Below are positions 1 through 13,835 of a stretch of 64,000 bases of DNA, one piece after another. Every line of letters starts with the position of its first letter. Position 1 is the stretch's first letter. A program made the translations under genes and the position numbers. The notes under the pieces are model-generated. The model ran no database searches and had not been told where the DNA came from. It saw nothing but the letters and a program-made list of their open reading frames with translations. Source of the stretch: the human T2T-CHM13v2.0 reference genome, Homo sapiens. The DNA lies in the NCBI RefSeq assembly GCF_009914755.1, contig NC_060929.1; one strand, 5' to 3'.

Positions 1-414
1 CAGATACATTAGCTATCTTGTTCAAGGTCACAGAATGAATCCACAATGGAATAGGGAAGTAATGCATAGAACTGGGAATGCTCCTAATGTGGGGCGAGAT
101 ACAGAAAAAACACTCTCCGGATTGGAACATGGGGACCATTGCAAAGATGAGTAGGGAAGCACATTAGGGCAGTGCCACAGGCAGGATTATGGATCCCTAA
201 ATGCCAAGCTACACAAATAGAAATCAAAATAGTTAAAAAGCGGCTTTGGTTCCCAGGTGAAACTCCTTGGTCCTAAGGCATCTAGATTCTTATTTTCTCT
301 CTGAACCCCTCCAGCTGTTCCTAAATTAGTACCCACAAAGTGATTCCATAATCATGAACCCAACTTCACAAACTTCAATTACAACACGTGCCCATAATAA
401 CCATGACCATGGCA

Positions 415-582
415 ACTATCTGCTAAGCTCTCCCTGTGTGCCAGGCACTATGTTAAGCACTCTGCCCGCACTGTCCCAATGTCCTCCACATGATCCCCCT
501 AGGACCCCATCCCATTACGATACCCTGCAAGGCAGGGTTATCTCCATTTTACCCAAGAGAAAACTGAGGCTGAAAAGGGCTT
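415..582 (-). mobile_element. MIR SINE fragment
   Basis: tgtgccaggcact...ttatctccattttac...aaactgaggc matches the reverse complement of the MIR core. Confidence 0.65.
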
Positions 583-1077
583 GAAACACAGCAGATCTCC
601 TGGTTACCGACCACGACCGTCGCATCTGGTAACGTTCTTTCAGGGCAACTATGAATTGCAATTAATTTATGACATTTGTAACACTGACTCCCTATGAGAC
701 TTTAAATCCCATGAAGGAATTCTTGGACAGTGCTCTGTCTTCAGTAGCTAACAGAGCTTGACATCTATGAGGCACATAAAAATACTGAATGAATATAAAC
801 AGTAAACATCCAAAGAAGAAAATATCAAAAATAATTAACAGTGGTTATTTGGTGGCACCATGTTTTTAATTCACTTATCCGAATGTTTCTATACATTACG
901 TGTTGGTAATAATTAGCATGCATTCCCTCATATGTATAAAAATATACAAAATAATAGACAAAAAGTCCTATTAAAAATCTAGAAAACAACTGTCATCTAT
1001 ACGGAAGAGTTTTGTTTTGTTCTTTCTTGCAAATGGGCAGTTAAAATGCCTTCAAAATTAGCTAATTAGGAAATACG

Positions 1078-1230
1078 GGCCAGGCACAGTGGCTCACACC
1101 TGTAATCCCAGCACTTTGGGAGACAAAGGCGGGAGTATCCCTTGATCCCCAGAGTTCATGACCAGCCTAGACAACATGGCAAGACCCTGTCTCTACGAAA
1201 GAAAGGAAAGAAAGGAAGAAAGAAAGAAAG
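1078..1230 (+). mobile_element. FLAM / Alu left monomer with GA-rich tail
   Basis: ggccaggcacagtggctcacacctgtaatcccagc...gaccctgtctctac followed by (GAAA)-rich tail; single arm only. Confidence 0.85.
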
Positions 1231-1533
1231 ATGCTTCATATATTCCAAGACTTTCTGGAACTGAAAATCGGTATTTCATATGAGATTTCTGCGGGCAAAA
1301 CTTGAGCCTTAATGTGTGACTTGGGGATCCCTGGATCCATGAGTATCTCCTGCGGGCACTGTTCCCACATGGCCCACCAGCATTTGTGATACCAGTAGAG
1401 AACAGAACTGGGCCCTGACGAATATCCAACCTTCACATGAAATATCAGAGAAAAATGACTCCCTTTTTGGTTTTGCTTTTCAAGTTTTTGTAGGGCAACT
1501 GCACCCCGCTGGAGAACATTTTCAGACAGTGTT

Positions 1534-1536
<3 letters not shown>

Positions 1537-1591
<55 letters not shown>

Positions 1592-1592
1592 A
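1537..1592. repeat. Compound microsatellite (CT)15(CA)13
   Basis: Read directly from sequence. Confidence 0.95.
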
Positions 1593-3680
1593 ATTCTTGT
1601 TAGGTTTTAACTTTTTCACATCCTTATGAATTTATAGTGCAATAATCATTTCCAAAGATGTTTTGATTTCTGTTATAATACCTCCAGAAAGTATACATTA
1701 TTTCACACTACTCATTATTTTATTTTCAATTTATAAGAAATGGAAGTTGAAGCCAAACAATATTTTTCAGAAAGTTTGCTAAGTCACCATTCCATATTGA
1801 CAAACTTAAAAAAAAAAAAAAAGGATTTGTTATAACTCGTCACCTGGCAACCATGACAAACAGCTGCTGCAACCATCACACCTATAAATATGCTTTGGCT
1901 TGGAGACCTTTCATTCTCAGCTAGTGACTAAGGGTCTCATGCTCTCTACTGGTAGTGGACATCTGTTGATGCTAATTCCTGTCGAATTTTTCTTAGAAAG
2001 GTCAGTCAGTATCTGGTTACAGATTTTAACATTTCTTAGTGTAATGTGTTAGAATTTTTTTTAATCCTGTGGATACTTATTATGTTCCTCTGTGTGTAGG
2101 TGCTTGCATATGACTGTATGTAGGCAGAGAAACAAAATAAAAACAGATATATTTCTCTGCATGAGCACTCACTGAATTAGAACCATGACAACGCAAATAA
2201 GATTTGTCAACTAGAGGATTAAAAAGAGTAAACACAAGATTAAGAAATTACATCGCACTCAACTTGAAGCGTTCACTTTCTCAGGCCAATTAGCCACGTG
2301 AGCGACTCCTCCCAAGGCCAGGGACCAGAAGGCGCCAGTGAGTGCTGGCTTTTTCTGCCTGGAGAAGCTTTCTGCCCGGAGAGCCCCATCTTCCTCAGAG
2401 CAACTTAGTGTTCTATTTGGGGCTCTCCCTTTTTTTATATCAAGTTTAAAACGACTCAGAGATCAGCTACTTACTTTTGCGATTGACGCTTTCCACCTCC
2501 TATCTCAAACTGAGTACTGCTACTTCTCCAGGTGATCATCAATTATCCAATCCACCTAGATCATTTGGGAGGCTGACACTCAACTACCCATCATAGTATT
2601 TATTACAGTTTCAAGTTTCTATGAACAAGATGCCAAGTATAAGTCATTTTTCAGCGTTTTTAATTTTAACATTTTAATAACTAGACTTTCATAAGCCCAG
2701 GGCATGAGTAATGCAAATTCCATTACTAGCATAGGACAAGCACCTACTTGAGACCTGCAGGAGATTCAACACCCTTTCATTTGTGAATGCCAAGATTTGC
2801 TTCAATCACTGTCCCTGAGGGCAGAAAATATTTCTACTTTATCCCTGAAGGACAGATAATATCAGATAGTCAAGAAACACTCCTCAAGGAAAACAAAACT
2901 GTTATTGTGAAGCAGGCTGGCTCATCTAGATATAAGTCTTTTCTTGCATTCCACTGAAGATCCACAATTTCTGATGAATTTCAACCCAGGGTTTACTGTA
3001 GTTGGAGTCAAAAGTAAATGTCCCTTCCCTGCATTGCAACATTTGGCCTACTTATATGAAACCTGTGAGGATACTAAAAAATATGTTTCCTACAGCACAA
3101 AAAAAAAAGTCATTAACAATATTGTTCCTAATTTTGCTTTTTAGAGATGGTACCCACCACACTGGTCCTGAGCACCAGGTATATACAACTCAAACACTGA
3201 ATTCTCAAGTTTCTCCAAAGTGCTTTTATTATGAAGGCCAATTCAAATTATTTTTGTTTGTAGAATCAGCCTTTGTAATAAAAAGCAATAACCTGGAAGA
3301 TGGCAAACTTGGAGTGACTATCGCACATTAAGATATTCAGTCAAGATGCTAGGCTGTTTAATTAGGTCGTATTCCCAACTTAGTCCTTTAAAGAGTGTAT
3401 CTCTCATTTATGTTCACATAAATAATCAGAGGCTTTTAAAGGAATACACTCTTACTAAGAGAATCAGACCCTTATCAGTCACAGAAAAAAATGACAATGC
3501 TTGCTAAACTTGCCCTCAGTCTCCCTCAATAGCAGATTTTGAGAATAAGCTATTATGTAAATAGTACATGTATTAATGGTAAATTAATAAATATAATATT
3601 CAACAACAGTATGCAGGGAAGATGGGTATGGGTATGAACCTGGGATTATAGATGACACAAAAAAAATGGTAGAAAGTTAA

Positions 3681-4099
3681 TGACATGGTTTGAATCTGTG
3701 TCCCCACCAAATCTCATGTCAAATTGTAGTCCCAAGTGTTGGAGGTGGGGCCTGATGGGAGGTGGTTGAATCGGGGGCAGACTCTCATGAATGGTTTAGC
3801 ACCATCCCCTTGGTGCTGTGCTCATGATGGTGAGTGAGTTCTCAAGAGATATGGTTGTTTAAAGAGCGTGTGGCACCGCCCCCCTGCTCTCTCTTACTCC
3901 TGCTCTGGCCATGTAAGATGTGCCTTGCTTCTTCTTTGCCTTCTGCCATGATTGGCAGCTTCCTTAGGCCTCCCCAGAAGCAGAAGCCACTTTGCTTCCT
4001 GTAGAGCCTGCAGAACCATGAGCCAATTAAAACTCTTTTCCTTATAGATTACCCAGTCTCTGGTATTTCTTTATAGCAGTGCAAGAACAGACTAATAGA
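3681..4099 (+). mobile_element. MaLR LTR (MSTA/MSTB-like), 5' LTR
   Basis: Begins tgacatggtttgaatctgtgtccccacc, ends ctttatagcagtgcaagaacagactaata; typical MST LTR body. Confidence 0.85.
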
Positions 4100-5244
<1,145 letters not shown>

Positions 5245-5559
5245 TCAATCCAATAAATCTTCACTTAGGTGCGGGGACTGAGGGGGTTATCAAATTGCCA
5301 ATTGATTTAGGGCTTCAAATAAATTGATGTATTAGGCATGATTTCTAGTTTTATTTATTTAAAAAAGGAGCAAGGATTTAATGACAGAAGTCAAACCCAA
5401 GTAAAGGATCATTCTAAATTTTTCTGCTCATCCCCCCAAACCTTTTTAGTTTTGTCCACACTTAAAAAAAAAAGTAGTATTAGCAACTTACTCTTACTCT
5501 CTCCAATGCATTTGACTTAATTTTCATAAACAGTTATATGTATTACAATATAGGTTTTC

Positions 5560-6012
5560 CTATCATATCAAATGTCAAAGCAACAGTGGTCTAAACAAGA
5601 GAGCAGTTCATTTCTCCCTTATGTCACAGCAGAGCATAGAAGTCCCAGGCTGATATGGGACATCCATAATGTTGGAGACCCAGGCCCTTTCCATCTCATT
5701 GCTCAGACACTGTCAAATCACACTGCCACCCCATGGACCTTGCCCCATCCACATTGCCACCAGCAGGAAGGGGTAAAAAGAAGCTGAGATAATTCCCCTT
5801 TCTCTTTAAAGTCATGGCCTGCAAGTTGCCTGTGCAACTTCCATTCACCTCCCACTGGCTGGAACATAGAAACATGGCCATGCCTACCTGCAAGAGAGCC
5901 TAGGAAACATAGTTCAATTGCTGGTGGCCACCACCCAGCTGAAACTCAGAATTCCATTACCCAAAAAAGAAAGGGAAGCTGGGTATTTGGAAACAACCAA
6001 CAGAATCTGCCA
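5560..6012 (-). mobile_element. Old MaLR LTR (MLT1 family) remnant
   Basis: cattggct...catggccatgcctacctgcaagagagcctaggaaa resembles MLT1 LTR reverse strand; degenerate. Confidence 0.45.
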
Positions 6013-6157
6013 CAACAATTCTCTTTTTGATACCTTATTTCATCAGTTTACATAATTTTATGCAATTACAATGGAAACAACGGGCACAAAGAGATTTGAG
6101 AATAAACACAACTGACTCAGCAAGCACACAACTCAAATGGTAGAAGCCATTAGACAC

Positions 6158-6335
6158 TAAAGGGCCAGATAGTAGATATTTTTGGCTTTGTTGGCTATAC
6201 AACTCTGCCACTGTAGCAAAAAGGCAGCCATAGACAATATGAAAATGAAATAACATGGCTGTGATCCAATAAAACTTCATATACAAAATCAGGCTGCAGG
6301 GTGGATTTGGGCCCAGGCACAGGAGTCTGCTATTT
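6158..6335. mobile_element. MER58A (hAT-Charlie MITE)
   Basis: aaagggccagatagtagatatttttggcttt...gcagccatagacaatatg...ggctgtgatccaataaaactt. Confidence 0.75.
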
Positions 6336-6439
6336 CAGGGTGTCATAGGTTCAGACACATGGCTATACAAAGGTGATGAAAATCACCAATTCTGCAAGCT
6401 ACTAGGAACTATTAAGAGAGCTTCTACTCTAATAGAACC

Positions 6440-6600
6440 TCCCATTTATTGAGCACACACCAAGTGCTAGGCATGACATTAGGAGCTTTATTATTATCTC
6501 TAATCCTCACAACACTCTGACGAGGTGGGTAAAATGCCTCCATTTTCCAGATAAGAAAGCAGACACAGCTAAGAAGAGGCGACCAGGATCAGAACCCAGT
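6440..6600 (-). mobile_element. MIR fragment
   Basis: atttattgagcac...aatcctcacaac...cattttccagataagaaa. Confidence 0.6.
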
Positions 6601-7485
6601 CTCCAGCTTCAATCCACCAGCCTCCAAAGCCCGTTCTCTTCCAGATGAAACAAGTTCTTCTACGGAAGTTGGATGAAAAATTGTCCTTTGGCTAACAATA
6701 AGTGAAATAAGTGCACACAATTTCTTGTCACACTACCGGCAAAGCTGCTATGTCAGATTGGACATGTAAAGTATTACAATGACAAAGGCTTTCCTCTGAT
6801 CTTAAAATATCCCCTGCCTAGCAGTTAACCTGGGCTTTAGCAGGGAGGCACCTAACCTTCAGATTTTCCTGGGTAAAGTCGCCAAGGTCATAAGCTTTAC
6901 AACATTGGTAACTAACAGGGGTCGGGGGCAGATAAAACTCAAGGTCACATCAACATCACTGACCACTTATAAGGTCTTTGAAAGTTTATCTAAATAAAGA
7001 GAAAGATTATCACCCTCTGTCCTCATCTCGGGATAGGCATGTAACATTCCACCATTGCCATGCATGGCAGACCACACTAATGTGTCACAGCACTCTTTCC
7101 AGAAATTTCCCAACAAGGCCTCATGATCCTATTAGAGCTCCAGGCACCATTTGCAGTTTATAGGAGTTGGCATGAGAGAATGAAGTCATCAAACCCTCAA
7201 CACTTGCCTTATGGGACACAACAGCTTCCAATTTTCCCCTCTCCTATGCCCAAAAAAGAGGGTTATCAGTTACCTCCTTTATCATCAGTGCCAATGTTTG
7301 TTGTACCTTAGTTTATTGAGCAAATCTCTTCTTGTTTCAGCAAGCAAGTCAATTCATTCTAGGTTTATAATTTCTCTATGCATTCATTTTATAATGAAGT
7401 CTATCTCAAAGTCTTCCTGAGCACAAACAACTATGTTTCCAAAAGGAAGTTTTCACAATATTTCGGAATGGAGAAACTATGACTA

Positions 7486-8596
7486 CAGTCATGCATCATT
7501 TACCAATGGGGATATGTTCTAAGAAATGTATCATTAGGCTATTCTGTCATTGTGTGAACACCACAGAGTGTACTTACACAAACCTGGATGGGATAGTCTA
7601 CTACGTACCGAGGCTATAGGGTACAACCTATTGCTTCTAGGCTACAAACCTGTACAGCACTCTACTGTACTGAATACTGCAGGCAATTTTAACACAATGG
7701 TAAGTATCTGTGCATCTAAACATAGAAAAGGTACAATAAAAATACAGAATAAAAGATTTTTAAAAAATGGGGCCAGGCACAGTAGCTCACGCCTGTAATC
7801 CCAATACTTTGGGAAGTCGAGGCGGATGGATTGTTTGAGCTCAGGAGTTCAACACCAGCCTGGGCAACATGGCAAAACCCAATCTCTACAAAAAATACAA
7901 AGATTAGCCGGCATGGTGGTGCATGCCTGTAGTTGCAGCTACTCAGGGGGCTGAGGCAGGAGGATCACTTGAGCCCAGGAGGTCGAGGCTGCAGTGAGCC
8001 AAGATCGTGCCACTGCACTCCAGCCTGGGCAACACAGAGAGACCCTGTCTCAAAAAAAGAGAAAAACAATGGTGCATCCATATAGTGTACTTACCCTGGA
8101 TGGAGCTTGTAGGACTGGAACTTTCTCTGGGTGAGTCAGTGAGCAATGAGTGAATGTGAAGGCCTAGGACATTACTGTGCACTACTGTAGACTTTACAAA
8201 CCCTGTACACTTATTGAGTTAAATTCTTTAAATTTTTCTTTAATAATTCTCTTAGCTTACTGTAACTTTTTTACTTAATAAACTTTTCCATTTTTTTAAA
8301 GTTTTTGACTCTTGTAATAACGCTTACCCTAAAACACACATTGTATAGCTCTACAAAATTTTTTTCTTTTTATCTTTGTTTTATAAGCTTTTTACTATTT
8401 TTAATTTTTGATTTTTTTTTTTTACTTTTTAAAATTTTTTGTTAAAAACTAAGACACAAACACACACATTAGCCTTGGCCTACCCAGGGACAGGATGATG
8501 AAGACATCACCAGGCAACAGGGACTTTTCCACTCCAGTATAATTTCATGGGACCACTGTCACATATGCAGCCATGTCCTTATGCGGCGTATGACTG
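7486..8596. mobile_element. Tigger3-family (MER7-like) non-autonomous DNA transposon, interrupted by an Alu
   Basis: Terminal inverted repeats CAGTCATGC... / ...GCGTATGACTG with TA target duplication on both sides; internal ctaggctacaaacctgtacagca motif. Confidence 0.85.
7771..8066 (+). mobile_element. AluJ inserted in Tigger3
   Basis: Full dimer with ttgagcccaggaggtcgaggctgcagtgagcc (AluJ-type). Confidence 0.9.
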
Positions 8597-10454
8597 TATT
8601 TAGAATTAACATTTCGTTTACTTCAATCATGGAGTGTCTATCCCAGTTACTTTTGAGGGAAAGTTATCCACCACTAATGTTATAAGCTACTCCAGAAACA
8701 TATATGTGCCATATAATTTGCGATTCCTGGAGAGAATGTTCTAAGCAGTAGAAACTAGTAATTTCTAAGAAACATAAACACATTCATAACCCCCTTACCT
8801 TATGTAAAATAGAGTTTATAATTTTTAGAGGTATCATTTTAAGATTCTGCACCAATAGATGGCTTTGTTTTCTTTTCAAAATGAAGCACTTGCTTACAAT
8901 TCAACCAAACTATCACCAGGCGATGTCACTTCGAGTCAGAGTAATATTTGTGCACAGCTCCTCCTGTTTTGTTTATATGGCTAGCAAGGCGGCCATTCCT
9001 GATGGTAATTACCATGCGACACTCATTCACCACCACCACCATCATGTGTGGGTGTCTGCCCACCTCTGGCAGTGCCAGGCTTCACCAGTGAAACACTTGC
9101 ATGTTGGGGACATAGCAACCCTTCATAAATCACTGCTACTGTGAGAGAACATTCTGGGCTTCGACCCTTTCCCTCAACTGTTCCCATATCAGGCATTCAC
9201 AACTGCAATCCTCCCTTCCAAAGCAAAGAATCTGCAGTCTGGTAATGCCTCCCTGCCCCCCACTGACACAACTAAGGGCCACAGAGCAACATCTTTTATA
9301 CTCTCCATGGTATTTACCCAGCAGATAACAATTACACCTAGGGCAGGCCAACTCTGCAAAAATGAGGCTGAAGCAGGACAGAGGTTGTGGCCTGGCCTGA
9401 AAGACCATGGGAGCCTCCCTTTAAGACCGTCATTTCTTCTGTCTCCCTAATAAGAGGGTGAGCTTGTCCATACGAAGTGGAGCAACACAACTGTCCTCTT
9501 GACATATGCACAGAGCCTATGGGCTTCTCCCAGGGACAGCTGGAACATTCCCTACACCACCGTTGCCCAACTTCTGCCTCAGGATGCTTTGTGACCTAGA
9601 TGAATTGTAATGCATTGCTACATCCAGGTTTTGCCGCATGCCTTTATCAATTTGGGATTCAGAGACAGCAGGTGCCATGGTTTTAAGAAGGCAGTTTACT
9701 GGTGTGGCGGTACAAGGAGAGCAAAGAGAGAGATGAGAGAATGGGTGAATGAGAGACTGTGAGGCTAAAGAACCTGAAGGGAAGAAGAAGAATAATGTCA
9801 TGTGGAAGAAGACCATACAGGAGTGCATTCCAGAGGGTTCTACACACTTGCTAGAGGAGAGCTGAAATTTTAGCTCCAAACCTCCAAATGGCTCAATCAG
9901 AAATGGAAATAGGACCAGTCAGAAGATTCAGAGTGCTCAAAAGACTAAAGCAAACCAGCTGCACAAAAGACATATGGATGTCCTGAGCCTGAAATTCTCC
10001 GTGTGGGTACTCATCTCTCTATAAGATGCACTGGGCAGACATCCTTGCTTTCCCCCTAAAGAGTAAATACTTTCACTCGGCACAGTCCATGGCATAATAT
10101 CAATGTTCACGCGCGTTAAAGCAATCCTAGGAAGGGTCAAAACAAGCTGAACAAACCACAAAGAGCCCACAGATCCTCTAGACCAGACTAACCAGGAATG
10201 CACTCCGGAGCTGTTTAGGGAGCTGGAGCTTCTCCTGAAAAGGGGCCCCAGGTAACTTTGCACACCCCCTAGAGGAGACTACCACCTAGAGAGAGTGGGT
10301 AGACCACACGTTAAGGACCTGCCCTATATATTATGTCTGGCAATCAGGATTTTCTCTAGGGGTAAACCACAGATGGTTTGAGGTGTTTCCATTCAGTGTG
10401 ACCTATTTTGTATTGCTTAAGGAAATGTATAACTTATGTATACATTTATTATTG

Positions 10455-10700
10455 TTAACAACTACTTTTGAGGACTTAACAATGAGCCATTCACTAAAGT
10501 GAATATTTAACATGGCTTACCATATTTAATCTATAAAACAAACCTATAAAGTAGGTATTATTATGCCCATTTTGCTGATGACAAAATGAAATTCAGAGAG
10601 ATTAAGTAGCTTACCCCAGGTCACCCAGCTAGTACCTGGTTAAGGCTGGGATTTGCAGCCAGGAGTAAAACCAGCATTGCATGGTTCTAAAACCCATGCT
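10455..10700 (-). mobile_element. MIR
   Basis: gtaggtattattatgcccattttgctgatgacaaaatgaaattcagagagattaagtagctt...ggtcacccagctagta. Confidence 0.65.
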
Positions 10701-10787
10701 CACAGTCACCCAGCAGAATGGTTAAAATGGTTAAAATCGTTCAGTGTTTACACTTTAAAATGCAAGTTTCAATTAACTGGAAAGTGA

Positions 10788-11260
<473 letters not shown>

Positions 11261-11297
11261 TGATAAAATTTTATAACTATAAATATTAATTAAGTAA

Positions 11298-11597
<300 letters not shown>

Positions 11598-12726
11598 TAA
11601 GTAAGCATTTTTTTTCTCTTTCAGTTAGTTGTAAATTAAAGCCCAATTTGTTTGACATTCTTCCCAAGGGAAAGTTTGCTCTATGTCCCCTACCCTCTAA
11701 TCATGGCTCCTGGGCTGCCTGACCAATTGAATATGGTGGGACTGATGCTGTCCCAGCTTCTGGGCCCAGGCCTTAAGGAACAGGCAATAATAAACGTGGG
11801 TCAATCCAAAGGATAGGATATTTTTGCAGGCATTTAAAAATGCTTCCAAAATGTCTAGATGCCACTGAGAAATGCTGCTGCGAGAAAAAAGCAGCAGACA
11901 AAATTGTACATATGAGATACTTATTATAACTCTGCCAAGAAAATATATCCAGGAAGAACTAGAAGACAGTATAACAGTATTTTTTCGAGGCATTAAGATT
12001 ACAGTTGATCTGTTCGCCATTATATTTTTCCCCCATACTATTTTTATCTTCCCAAATGAACAGCTATAACATCCTTTAGTGGGAAAATTCTTTAAAGAGA
12101 CGTTGTTTTTAAAATATATGAATAGTAGTGTACCAGACTTGCCCTCAGGCAAGACTTCATGCCCACATAGTTTCTGCAGGACCCAGATTAGCCCACTGTG
12201 GAGAAGCAGCAAGACGCTCTAATGGATTTAGACACAGATTTGCCATAAAGAGAGAAGAGGCTGGGAATAAGGGTAAGCCCACACAATTAGGCTTTTGTCC
12301 TGTCAGTCACCAAGGACAGACCCTCCCCATGGCCAACCATAGCAGCTGCAGCCCTCCTTGGGCATGGTAAACCAGAGACACCTTCATCACATTTTACAAA
12401 CAGCAGCAAAGAATTAGTCACTCTGTGTTTATAAAACAGAAATCAGCTTTCACAGGGGCGTGATTACAGGAAGCTCACTGGGGCACTGAAAAGGTTTAGG
12501 AAGCATACCACTTATTAACTGGTGATTCAGATATCTCACGCAAAACAAACTCAACAAACTCTCTTGCATCAAAAAGATTGCATTGTTCTACATGTTCTTA
12601 ATCAATTTTAAATATTAGCCCAGCTGGGACAAAATAGGATTTCAAAAGTGGTAAACATTTTCCATATCTAAGAGACATTTTCCATGACTATGGTAGAAGA
12701 GTAGAAGAAAAATAAATAATTCCATA

Positions 12727-13040
12727 GACCAAGCGCAGTGGCTCACACCTGTAATCCCAACACTTTGGGAGCCCGAGGCGGGTGGATCACGAGGTCAGGA
12801 GTTCAAGACCAGCCTGACCAAGATGGTGAAACCCCATCTCTACTAAAAATACCAAAAAATTAGCTGGGCGTGGTGGCAGGCGCCTGTAATCACAGCTACT
12901 CAGGAGGCTGAGGCAGAGAACTGCTTGAACCCGGGAGGCAGAGTTTGCAGTGAGTCAAGATCACTGCACTCCAGCCTGGGCGACAGAGCAAGACTCCATC
13001 TCAAAAAAAAAAAAAAAAGAAAGAAAGAAAGAAAAGAAAA
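12727..13040 (+). mobile_element. AluS
   Basis: Full dimer with A/GAAA tail; TSD taaataattcc. Confidence 0.9.
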
Positions 13041-13156
13041 CTAAATAATTCCTTCCACAAACTTTTATTGAATGTCTATTATACCTTAGGAATATATAAA
13101 TGAAGGAGCCACAGCACAGTTAGAATTAAATGCTCACTCTTATCTTGGCCCACAAT

Positions 13157-13835
13157 CAATGGTATATTGGGACTGACCTCTGCAGGCTCAGGAGAGCCAA
13201 TATTTTGATTCTCTTTCCAGCTTCACTTTTTTTTTCATTTTAATTTTTATTTTAAGTCCCAGGGTACATGTGCAGGATGTGCAGGTTTGTTACATAGGTA
13301 AAGGTGTGCCATGATGGTCTGCTACACCTATCAACCCATCACCTAGGTATTAAGCCCAGCATGCATTAGTTATTTTTCCTAATGCTCTCCCTCCCCCCAA
13401 CCCATCCCCAACAGGCCCCAGTATTGTTGTTCCCCTCCGTGTGTCCACGTGTTCTCACTGTTCGGCTCCCACTTGTAAGTGAGAACATGCAGCGTTTGGT
13501 TTTCTGTTCCTGCATTAGTTCGCCGAGGATAACGGCTTCCAGCTCCATCCATGTCCCTGCAAAGGACACAGTCTCATTTCTTTTTATGGCTGCATAGCAT
13601 TCCATGGTGTATATGTACCACATTTTCTTTATCCAGTCTATCGTTGATGGGCATTTGGGTTGATTCCATGTCTTTGCTATTGTGAATAGTTCCAGCTCCA
13701 CTTTTAGTGACCTCAAGTGGTGATGTGAAATCAACCACAGTGGGAGTATTTACACTACAGGAATCAGCAAATGCTAAAGATCAGGTTTTCTCTACCACAT
13801 AGAGCAGATTCCATGACATTCACCATCACACCGCT
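13157..13835. mobile_element. MER63A-like hAT element split by an L1 insertion
   Basis: ggctcaggagagccaat before the L1 and gtgggagtatttacactacaggaatcagcaaatgcta...cacaccgctg after it. Confidence 0.6.
13227..13689 (-). mobile_element. 5'-truncated L1PA (3' UTR and end of ORF2)
   Basis: gggtacatgtgcaggatgtgcaggtttgttacatagg; ORF 13366-13734 gives LFTIAKTWNQPKCPSTIDWIKKMWYIYTMECYAAIK (L1 ORF2 C-terminus); TSD ttccagct(t/c)cactttt. Confidence 0.93.

Noticed and set aside
1855-1892. CAGCTG plus CTATAAATAT as a muscle enhancer or TATA promoter
   Set aside because: MEF2 match is imperfect and there is no other supporting structure
11697-12212. 171-aa minus-strand ORF
   Set aside because: Non-ATG start, no recognisable domain, no convincing splice sites; expected by chance
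13366-13734. 122-aa ORF similar to L1 ORF2 C-terminus (also 24387-24599)
   Set aside because: Fragments of truncated L1 copies, not genes
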